DNA of 63,836 nt, filler included, from Reclinomonas americana ATCC 50394 (Eukaryota), in assembly GCA_048213135.1 (NCBI GenBank). It is 17 parts of 17 records of this genome, joined end to end, with 100 filler letters (N's around TTAATTAATTAA, not from the genome) between each part and the next. Parts side by side here need not be neighbours in the genome. Positions count along the whole stretch, not along the records: positions 22,295 to 36,391 come from AFZH01018944.1; positions 36,492 to 38,265 come from AFZH01018945.1; 15 more parts are not named here. One strand, 5' to 3'. Shown piece by piece: positions 24,883 through 36,800 of the stretch. The position numbers were made by a program, and so were the translations under genes. The notes below the pieces were generated by a model. The model did not search any database. It saw only the letters and a program-made list of their open reading frames with translations, and was not told where the DNA came from. The number at the start of each line of letters is the position of its first letter. The stretch's first letter is position 1.

Positions 24883-27800
24883 CTACTGTTCAGTGCCGTG
24901 CACAAACCGCGAGGGACGGGAGCGGTAGGCCTCGGAGGCAAGAGCGCGTGGGTCAATCACTTGCGGCCAGGCGGAGCGCACAAGTGGCACAGGAGAAGCC
25001 ACCACTGGAGAACCGGCGACGAGCAAGCGATTCGCCAGTGCCTCATTGGGGGGCGACGGCTGACTTGCAGGTGGTGCTGGCCGAGGTGGGGTGCCTAGGC
25101 CAATAAATCTCCGGTCGATGACTTGCGGCCATGCAGATCCCACGAGTGGCACATTCACAGGTGTTGCCGTCTCTCGCCCAATCGCTGCCGACAACGATGC
25201 GGTGGGGACGCTTGGCGCAGCACCATCACTTGCTGGCGCGGCTCGGTTGCGAAGACGTTGGACCAGACGCTGAAGCGGTACCAGAGCGTCAACCTGCGGT
25301 CTTGATTCGTACGCGAATGTGCGAGGCATGGCCGCTCTGCTCGCTGTCGGAGTGCGCCGATTGAGGTGCTGACTGAGACGCGCGAGCAACTCGTTCGAAT
25401 GAGCCGGCACAACTGCGGATGTTGCACGTGCAGCAATAAGTCAAAATATCCATTCCACACGCACTGCACAATATAACTTACCAGCGATAGTTGGCGTTGT
25501 GGGGGACGCGGTAAACGCATTCTGCTGACGCTCACGCTCAGCAGCCGTCAGAGTGGCAGCAATAGAAGTGAGACGAGCTCGGATAGAGTGCGGAGTCAGA
25601 GTCGATGATGATTGTCGGTTACTGCCTCGCAGTCGCCAGGGCAAGTCGCTGACCGCATCTGCAAGCAATGCTACGATGAGACGCATGCACGCACAGCCAC
25701 ACACGGCAACAACCAATCGAACCAGTGGCTGCGGAGAAGTTCACCGCCGGCGGCAACACCAGCCCAGGAGCGACGTCGACTGTGGACGGCGATGATGCAG
25801 CGGGAGTTTCGTAGGATTCTCTCACAGAGGACAATGGATACGCATCCGACTGTGACGATGCCAAGCGAATGAGAAGCAGTTGCTGGCGGAGACAGTGAAC
25901 GCACAACGTCGCGCACCGCCACCGGCATCAATGGCGGTTCCTGTGGCTCTTGGTCAACAAGATATGACTTTAGCGCTGCCAGTTGCTTGGCTACACGGAC
26001 AGCAAGTCGATTTCCACGAGTCGCTGTAACGGGTAGACCTGAATAACAAACGCAGTTGGGCGCAATGACACTCCACACAAGGACTCACCGGTCGCTAACT
26101 GCGGAGGGTGCCGGCGCCTGGCATCCACCCATGCAAGCGTGTTTCCGTCATCCAAGTCATCCATTTCAACATGGCCCTTGCCGTCCTCGACCCCAGCGCT
26201 CGCGCCAACCACAGAATGATTGTCAGCGACGACTGCAGCAATGAATCGTCAGCATCAGCTCGGCACAATGGCTCATCTGACAAATAACGCACGCTGCGCC
26301 TGCAGCTCCTTCTCGTCGGCATGGCGGCGGCGGCGCCAGCAGTATATAAACCAAATGACGTGGAGACCAATAAGAAGCACCGCCGACGCGGCAATCACGG
26401 CCCACAGCCAGCAGCGCAAGCTACCACACATGGCTGCTCCGCCGCCACCGCCCGACACATCACCTCCTCCACTGCCACTGCTGCCAGAGGCAGGTGTCGT
26501 CGCCGGAGAGACAACCACCTGCCCATCGGCAGTGATTTGTACGTCCGCGTCGGCACCGACACCGACCTGCACGCCGTTGCTGGTTATCACCGTGCGCACC
26601 AGGCGGAAGCGGCCACTGCCACCGACAAGCGGCGCTTGTGTGTTGGCCACATCGAGCACCCACGCGCGCAACAAACGCGGACCGTCCCACCCTGATGGTG
26701 GCGGAGTGACGACGTCGGTTTCGGAGCGTGAGAGCGAGCTGGAAGAAGCCGCGGCAGCAGATCCCGAAGTTGAGTTGCTGCACACCATAACACAAGTGAG
26801 CTCACGCACCTCGTCACGCAACTTCAACAACACAACGGCGACGTGCCTCATCGAATCGGGAATCCAGTGGAGCACATTGAGCGATGCGCCGGCACCACAG
26901 AGGGCAGGAACTTCGAAGCGAAGTAGAATGCGCGGATCTGCCAAGTTCAGACTGCGACTGCCTCCGGCAATCGGCAATAGGCGATCAGCCGGATCAAAGA
27001 TTGAGCCAAACGTGTCAACCTCAAAGTTGTGCTCTGCATTCATCGGTCAATGCCAGTCAGAATAGTGCAGTTGATTGCAAGAGGCAATTACAGCAGTTGG
27101 TGGGACGCACCCAGCAGAATCACAGTGCCGACGCGCATTGACGCACGGTTACACGTAAATGTGATGGGAACTGTCGAGTTGGTGGAGAGGATCGTTCCCT
27201 CCACAGGCGTCGTCACCGCAATAAGTGGAGCTACACGCGCGCAACCGCAATGTCAGAGTGAAGAATGGTGCAGATGACGAGGAGGCACCATTGCACACCT
27301 GCCACTCCATAAACGGCCCAACCTGTCACTCGCTTACTCGGCGCGTCGTCCACAATCAGAGCATAGGTATCTTGACCGGACACGGCGTCGACAGAAACTG
27401 TGAAATTGCTCGACAGAACGTTGCGGAATGCTCCGTCGCAAACAGACAGGACATTATCTGCCAGGCATGATAAATACATCTTGAGCAGCGCTTCAAGCTG
27501 CAAACGAGTAACACCAACTGACCAGCCACAGGGAACTGATGGAAGGAGCCACCAACGCGCACAAGCCGCAGATTGACCGTGGTGACCTCAGGCCAATTGC
27601 ACATCCACACCGGATGGTATGCATCGAGGCGAGTGAGCACCAGGTGCGGAATCGGTTCCACCACGGTAATGGCTCGTTCTGTGAGGCACACACACACACA
27701 CACCGATCATGTCAGCCAAACGCTCTTCAAGAAAAGCACATGCTCGATCTCTTGCCGTACCGACAAGCACCACCGAGAAAGTACCAACAGCACCATCGTC

Positions 27801-30800
27801 GAGCACGACGGTAAACTCGACCGTCTCGGAGGCCGCCAGCGACGGAATAATGGCCGTGGATACAAGACCGGCAGGCGGTGATGACGGGACGTTCCACCCC
27901 ACGCCATTGCCGAACGTGCTGTCACAAATGGTGGCACTGTGCACACTGACTACCACCGTAGTGCTCGTACTATTGGAAGAAGGTCGCTGCTGGAACAACA
28001 CGTCGACATTGGCCGTGGCCACAGTCGGATTCTCGCACGACCACATCAGCGAGAGCGGTTCCTGACCGTAGTATGCCACTGCATCAATCAGAGCACATGT
28101 TGAGTGCCACATCGCCATAAATGCCAATCTATGAAAGTGAAAAACCTGGCATTGCCGACGAGGCCAGACGCGTTGTGCCAAGCATTTGCAGCTGAATGGT
28201 TGACATGAACAGCAAGTTGGCACTGATCGTGGAGAACGGATACCACGTCGACGCGTGCCGCACACACAGCTGCAGCCGACGGGCTACCGATGCAGGCGCG
28301 CTGCCGAGGGTGTACGGCACCTGCGAGATGCGAGGTGAATCTAAACGTGCAACACCGAGTTTCAATCCACGAAGAACGCAACCAGCAGTCGACTGCCACC
28401 CCCACTGGGCACACCAACAGTGCCCACTGCCACGCCGGTGGCACATGAGTCGGTAGAAGCCACAATTTGGAAGCGCTCTCGATCGGCATTCAAGTTGACA
28501 CCCATCACTGTCAGCGTGTACGACGTGCTGTCTCGGATGACACGGTGCGATGCCAAGTCATCCACCGACACTGTGAGCGACAGGCGTGATGAGAACACAA
28601 CACACTGCACTACTCAACTACCGCATGAATCGCCTCACCCAGCTGCAACGCAGTGTTGTCCGCCACTGCGCCCCACTGCACTGCGGGATCGGCGCTGGCC
28701 GGTCGCATACATACGTGGTACGCCTGCGCTGTGGCAGTGACGGGAATCGTGACTTTCACCACCAATGTCGAGGGCACACCGCTGGCATCCAGTGTTGTGG
28801 CCACGGCGTTGAGCATGGATGGTACCAGCGGGGCAGCCGGACTGCAGTCTACGTTCCACGGAACCACCGCCACATCCGTACCCACCGTCAAGTTGATGCC
28901 ACTGATGGTGACGCTGACGGACGAGAGCGAGAACGTGGCAGGAACGGTTAGCAGGCGAGGAATCGCCACGGGGGTCAGCGCCGTCGGCCGAGCTGCGAAC
29001 AGTGCAATAGTCAGACATCCTCATCCAGCCTTCGACGTACGGGACAAATACGTGACATACCCAAAGTAATGACATTCAGTCCAGCACCAGCAGCCGCGCC
29101 GACTGGTGTCCACGCAAACGAAGGATCCGCGGCAGCAGAGTTGCGTATACACAGTTGCAAGGCAGATGGCGCGCTCGCTGACGGCGTCACTGCAGAAGGA
29201 AGGACCGTGCGCATCTCAATCTGCATGCTTGATGGCGCGCCGATCGACTGAGTCACCGACGAGGAAACGGCCACCCGCAGTACGACTTGCGTAGACGAGC
29301 TGGCTGCAGTGTCAACCGTGACAAAGCCAAAAGAGGCCGTCGCTGCGCTCGAGCATGACGCATCGGCTGCCACCAAGGCAAACGTATCGCGCGAGGCGTT
29401 CAAGAACAAGCCCGGGACGACAAGTGTCTTTGCCAGGCTGTCAGTAATCATCAGTGTCGGCGATACGGCACCCGTCGACGCTGAGAAAAGGAAAAGGCGG
29501 CGGGAAAATCAGTCAATAAAATAAACAAAGGAAAAGGCGGCATGACATGTCAACAATGCAGACCGAGGATCAGCTGCTGGCCAGGTGCAGCATCACCAAA
29601 CTGCGCACTGGCACTTCCACCCGGTTTGATGCACACCCTGCGCGCACCAAGACAGTGCATGAGTGGATTATGCACATTGACCTGTCCTTGTACATCTCCC
29701 CTCTTAACGCAACTTATACAACCCGGCCGTCAGCGGGAGTGCCAGCGTCAGCGTGGCTGAGGAGGGTGGCGCAGTGACGACCGTGGTAGTGATTGCGCCA
29801 GCCGGGCTGCTACCAGCAGGCACGGTGCACGTAGTCGACGGAAGAGCCACCACGTACTGATCGGCGGCGTCGAGCTGTGCGCCAACCAGCTGCACAGAGA
29901 GTGGCGATGTGCCGATAGACAGAACATTGGGAACGATCGACGAGATCACCACTACGAGAATGATCGTAAGTAATTTCAGCACGCAAACACGCTCGGGAGG
30001 GGATCGACTTTTTGTCGTACCTGCGGTGACATCGCCGTTGCTCGCCACTGGCGTGAACTCAACAAATGGCGTGCCGACATTGACCTGGATACACATGCGC
30101 AGGAATGCGCCGTTTACCAGGTCGGCTGGCACAGGCATGGTGACCAGCAACTCAAGGGACGTGTCGGTTGGTCCAACAGGATCCACTGCACAGCGCGAGT
30201 GAGCAACGCGTCAACAGAAACACGCAGATTGTGGTCACTTCCTCACCAGTGATTGTGCCAACAGCAGCACCGCTGGCACATGTCGTCGACCGCAGCACCA
30301 GCTTGAACACATCGCGCGCCTTGTTCAACCGATTACCTTGAACAGTAATGCGCTTCGCCGATCCGTCGGCAACCGCGACACCAGGACTCAAGGTGACAAC
30401 ACGCACTATGTGGGAAGGCAACGATTTGGGTAACAGCAATGCCACAATAAACACAAGCCTCACACGCTACACACCGATTGACAAGCTGGTCGTGCCCACT
30501 TGCACGTACGGCGAGACACCGTCCACCGAGAAACACACGATGTCTGCACCCAAGTGTGAGACACACACGCACGCCACACCGCACTTAGTAAAGCTATACG
30601 CAACAGCTGCCGGTCGGAATGGGGCCGGGGGTTACACCCAGCGGCAATGATGCTGCCTGCGAGACCACGGTGGTCGATGTGAGCGGAATGCCGGAGCCAT
30701 TGCAGGGAGCCGTGCTGGCAGACTGCAGCTGGAAGAACTGGGTGCTTGCCAGGTTCGTGCCGACAACAGTGAAGCCACTCGACAATGTGTCAGTGGCCGC

Positions 30801-33800
30801 CGTGGATGGTGAAAATCCAGTAGCAGCGACTGCGAGGAGGTGGCAGGCAATCAAAGGCAGTCGTTAGCGATGACGGCATACGGCGACTCGCACGAGAAGA
30901 AGAGAACGAGAACGAAACTGGCGGCAATCACAAACGACTTCTGGAACGTGGCGCCACCGCTGTCGGTGACCCGAATGGTGACAACTACATCTGAGGCTGT
31001 CTGTCCTGCTGCCGTGATGCGTAGCTCAGGTGGCACGGCCGCGTTGTTGATGTTGAACAGTGCATCGCCCTGGCCAGGCACGATGGAGTACACGAAAAAA
31101 TCTTGCGAGTTGGTGTCGACTGCTGAGAGTGTACCAAGCACGACGTTGTTGGCAAACGTCGGTCCCACGTAGGACTGTTTGCTTAGTCCAATATTTGTGG
31201 GCGGCAGGTTACCTGCAGGCATCGGGCATAAGGAAAGACGAAAAATAAGGATTGCGACTCAGCGTCACGAGGGAATCAGAGAGAATAGGAAAGGGGTAGA
31301 GGTGACGAGAGAGGGGAGAGCAATAAGATTGCAAAGCAAGGACAAACGGAAAGACGCAACTTTCGCTAATGGTGAAAACTTCGTCTCGGTACAGGCCGGC
31401 GCTGTCGGTGGCGCGAACAATCACGCTCAAGTTGTTTCCCACCTGACCAGCGTTGCGCACTACCAACGTGGAACCGACGATCGCGAAGAGATTCATATTG
31501 GCGCCCCCGACCAGCGAGAATGTGGCAATATCGGTCACGTTATCGTCAAGCACCGTGAGATTGCCGACGGGTTTGTTGGGAGTGGCAGACGCAGGTGTGT
31601 AAGAGTACGACGACATCAGAACGGCCCGTGGCGGCACCGGAACTAGTGATGAAGCGGTGAGGAATAAGGGAGATGTAACAGAGGTTGAAGACCGCGCTAC
31701 GCACCATCAGTGACGACAAACTCCTTGTCGAGTGATGCCGGGCCGAGTGTATCCGTGACGCGCTGTTTCCATGCAGTCAGTCCAGAGCACGACCACATAC
31801 TGCCCTTCAAAAACAACCAACGCACCACAATGACATGCAGGTTGGTGCCAACCTGGCCGGTGTTCACCAGCACCAGATTGGCACCGAGAATGTTGAACAG
31901 CGTTGAAGACGATCCGCCGACAATCGAAAACACATGCGCCTCCGGAGGCGAAGAGTTGGCATCAACTACAGAGAGTGCACCGATGACGGTGTTCGTCGTC
32001 ACAGTAGCCGGTGTGTACGTGGAGGACGACAGAGAGAGAATGGTGGGTGGCACATTTTCTATGGAGAATAGAATATACACGATGTGAGTTGTTGCCACAC
32101 CAACATGCACTCACGAGCGAGAGACGCACGTTCAGTAACCGTCAGCGTTGAGTCCAGAATGCCACCAGCGCTGTCAGTGGTGCGCACCACCAGCTGCATT
32201 CCGTAGCCTTTAACACCAGCTGACGAGATGCGGAGCTGATTGCCAAAGACTGCGACACAGGGCCTCATGGGTAAGTGCTACCGCGCAGAGATTGGGAAAC
32301 TAACAAACTCCCGTACAAAACTGTTGAAAACAGCGCCCTGCAAGCCCGGCTGAATCGTGTACGTCCACGACTGACAGCAATTGGCGTCCACTGTCGATAA
32401 CGTGCCCACCACCGTGTTCACCGCCAGTGTCGGAGGAACAAACGTGTTTGGCGTCAACGTGGTGGATTGCGGTGGTACATTGGCTGCGGACACGAATACG
32501 AGTGAGCACAACGCCATGTGTCACAAATCTAGCAAGCAGATAAGGTCAAACCTTCGTCGATAGTGAACGTGCGAGTCAGCGTGTTGCCGGCGCTGTCGGT
32601 CACCTGCAATTTGACAGTCAGCAAGGAAACACGAATCTTTCCCACGAAAGAGGCTGCTCCACAAACCTTGACAGTGACCTGCAATCCATTGCCACCTTGA
32701 CCGGCGTTGCGCAGCATGAGAGCGCCTGCCGGCGACACGTCGAAGAGATTCGACTGACCACCAGGCACAATCGACCACGTAAATGCGTCAGCCGTGTTGT
32801 CGTCGACCGCGCTGAGGATGCCGACCACAGCGTTGGCGACGGCAGTCGGTGGCGTGTACGTCAATGAAGACAGCGCAATGGCGGTGGGTGGCACGGGCAC
32901 TGCGCAAAAAGTAGCAATAGTGAGGGGGTGGGAGGCAAGATGGAGACTGTTGGCAAGCAATGACGCAACAGTCGCTGATGACAAAATTGCGGTCGGAGAA
33001 GCCGCCAACCGAGTCCGTCGCTCGAATCTGTGGCGCCACAAAAAATGTCAGTCACTAAGACGCAATGCTGCAACCACACTCTGGCTCTTCTTCGTCAAAT
33101 TACCGTGACAGTCAAGGCAGTGCCGCGCTGACCAGCCGCCACAAAGGCCAACTGGGGTGGCATCGTGGCCAGCACGGTGAAGAGGGCGCCAGAGCCACCA
33201 GGTCGCACGGTAAATGACACAGTTTGGCCAGTGTTCACATCCACAGCACTGAGAATGCCAATGGGCTGCAGGGCGCTGGTGGCCGGTGGAGTGTAGGTGT
33301 TGTTGCTGAGCGAGATGGACGTCGGTGGCACGTTGGCTGGCGGAGGAGGCTTCGTGAGTGTGCCAATCATCGACTCAGGAGACAGGCTGGGTGGTACAGA
33401 CCTTCGTTGATTGTGAAGGTGGACGTGATGGAAAGGCCGCCCGAGTCGGTGGAACGCACTTGCACCAAAAGGCCATTACCGGTGAGTCCCGCGGTGGCCA
33501 CCAACAGGCGATCGTTGCTGATGCTGAAGGCCAGCTGATTGGCACCGCCCACAATCGAGTACGTAAATGTCTCTCCAGTGTTGCTGTCGGTGGTCGTCAG
33601 CTGACCAACAGTGGCACCCACCACGCCCGGCGGCGTGTACAGTTGTGGTGAGAGTGCAAGTGCCGTTGGTGGCACATTGACTGGCCATGGTGCGAGAAAT
33701 CTTGATGAGAAATAACCAGCGACAAGTAGCAGTAAGCGATGACTGACCTTCGTTGAATGTCAGCGTCTGCACCGCACTCCGGCCAGTGTTGTCCGTCACC

Positions 33801-36800
33801 TGCACGCAACAGTCAGCAAGCACAAAGGCAGCGCACTTGGACACGGACAATCCTGTGAACTCACCTGCACAACCACCTGCAGTCCGTTGCCCATCTGGCC
33901 CGCAGAGCGGAGAATCAACTGGTTCCCTTGCACATCGAACAAGGCAGCCGAAGTGCCCCCCACAATGGAGAACGTGAACGTGTCGCTGATGTTGCCGTCC
34001 ACAGCTGTCAATGTGGCGACCGGCATATTTGCAGAAGGCGTGGGTGCGGAATACGTCGTCGTCGACACGGTGATACCCGACGGTGAAACCGGGTCTGTGA
34101 GGATAAGACAATTAAAAAACAACTTAGAAAGGAGGTGCGCATTGCCAACAGACAAAGAATGGCACGCAACCATCGACGACGGTGAATCTGGAAAAGTGGA
34201 GGAGGAGGACGTCACATGTGAGCACACACACACAGACAGATTGAATGCGACACAGTTGATCAACGCAACAGTTTGTCGAAACTGGCCCCGGCGGCATCCG
34301 TGGCTCGAACGACCACGGCGAGGGTGCCTTGCTGACCAATGTTGCGCAACACCAGACGGTTGCCACTCACAATGTCGAATGCAGCTGCATCTGAGCCACC
34401 GACGATACTAAAGGCGTGCACATCGGCAACTGCGACGGAAGAAAGACGGAAAAGATGATCGATGAGCAACAATTGTGTGTACCTAAAGAAGCAATTAAAA
34501 ACCGTTGGCATCAGTGGCTGAGAGAGTGCCCACAACCGTATTGGCTGCCAATGTCGGCGGCAGGTACGATGCAGGGGACAGACCAATGTCCGTGGGGGGG
34601 ACATTCACTGCACGAGAAACAGCGTGTGAGTGTGTTAATTTGAACACATGGGGTTACGATGCTCATCCGAAGCGTACTACTCACCGTCGGTGATGGTAAA
34701 CAACTTCAAGAGCGTGCCACCAGCGCCATCGTCAGTCAGGATCTGAATGCTGAACGAGTGACCCACTTGACCCGCGGCACGAATGCGCAACACGTCGGCT
34801 GCAATGTCAAAAACCGCGAAGTCGCCCACCGGCTGCAGCGTGTAGGTGTGCGACTGTCCGACGTTGCTGTCCTCAGTGGTCAGCGTGCCGACCACCGTGA
34901 ATGGCCCGCTGGTGGGAGGCACATATGTCGTGCCACTCAAATGGATGTCGGTGGGCACGGTGTTCTCCTCCGAGATCAAAAACGATTGCTGGAGAGTGCC
35001 GCCGCGACCGTCGCTGACTTGAACCAGTACTTGCAGGTTGTTGCCCGACTGGCTGGTGTTGACGAGGCGTAGCTGGTTGCCGGAGATGTAGAACAAACTG
35101 GCATCGGCACCGCCAACAATCGAATAGGTGAATGTTGAGGCGGTGTTCGCATCCACGCCTTGAAGGACGCCAACCACTTGCCCTGGCGTCGGATCCAGTG
35201 GCACATACGACGTGCTGTCCAGCAGGAGGTTGGAAGGCTGCACATTGGCTGCGTGAATCAACCATCACGACATGTCAGCACTGGAAACGACAGAGGAAGC
35301 GCATCAACGGGAATGACTCACCCTCATTCAACACAAATGGCTGATCCACAAAGTTGCCGGTGGAGTCTGTCGATCGTACCACCACCTGCAGTCCGTCGCC
35401 GCGTTGTCCGGCGTTCTTGAACACCAGATTGCCATTGACAACATCAAAGAGGGCAGCGTTGGCGCCGCCAACAACCGAGTAGGTGAACGAGTCAGTCGCG
35501 TTGGAGTCGGCGGTCGCCAATGCGCCGACAACCGCATTGGCTGAGGCGGTGGGTGGCACGTAGGTACTGGATGAGAGCGACACCGACGTGGGTGCCACCG
35601 GTACTGCGAGGGAGAGCAATGTGAGTCTCCCAAGGCTGCGTCACATCCCAGTCAATCATCGGCATACCATCGTTGACAGTGAACGGCACATCGAGTGAGG
35701 CACCGGCGGTGTCGGTGGCTCGCACAATCACGGACAGATTGGTTCCCGTCTGACCAGCATTACGCAAGCACAGCTGATTTCCAATGATGGTGAACAGCGC
35801 CTGGTTAGCACCGCCAACGATGGAGAACGTCGTCGTGTCCCAGGCATTGAGGTCGGTGGCGCTCAAAGTGCCCACTGGCTGGTTCGCAGCCAAGGTGGCC
35901 GGCGTGTATGTGTTCGACGAGAGAGAGATGCCGGACGGAGCAACATTGGCTGCGGACGAGTAACGAAGGTTCTGTCTGTGTCAGTATCGCGTCACTCTCC
36001 GTACAAGGGACACGATCAACTCCAGCGCACCATCACCGAGAGACAGCGTCGTATCCACTGTTCCGCCACGGCCGTCGTTTGTCCGCACAATCACCTGCAG
36101 GTTGCGTCCACTCAAGCTCGGCACGGCGGTGCGGATCTGCGATCCAACAACAGCGAACAAGGCCGCATCGGCGCCACCGACTCTGTGGATAGGCACGAGC
36201 GAGTGAGTGATGTGAGCACGCACCGGAGAAATGTCGTCGAGCAGAATGTCGCAACATGGAATAGGTGAATACGTCGCAGCAGTTTGCATCAACGCCTGTC
36301 AATGTGCCGACAACGGTGCCGGCAGGAGACAGCGGTGGAACGCTGTGAGACGTAATGGTGACACCGGTTGGCGGCACGTTGACTGCGCAAANNNNNNNNN
36401 NNNNNNNNNNNNNNNNNNNNNNNNNNNNNNNNNNNTTAATTAATTAANNNNNNNNNNNNNNNNNNNNNNNNNNNNNNNNNNNNNNNNNNNNGATTACTTG
36501 ATTTGGCACCACCGTCGGCGGCACATATGAGGTCGAGCTCAACAACACGCCGGTCGGTGGCACGGGCACATCCGTGATGACAAACGCTTGGTCGACAGAG
36601 GCTGATGCTGAATCCGTAGCTCGCACCGTGACAGAGAGATTCGTGCCAGTGAGTCCCGCCGACGTAATTCGCAGTTGGTCGCCACTAATGTTGAAGAGTG
36701 AACCGGAGCCACCCGGCAGGATCGCGTACGTCACCGTCTGACAGCAGTTGGCGTCGACAGCGGACAGTGTGCCAACCACGGTATTGGCAGCTGCCGAAGG

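Noticed and set aside
25400..25700. FYVE-like zinc finger on the + strand (RHNCGCC...RICKQCYDE)
   Set aside because: The fragments are in broken frames and coincide with the reverse complement of splice acceptors (ccgcag, ttgcag) of the - strand gene's tail exons.
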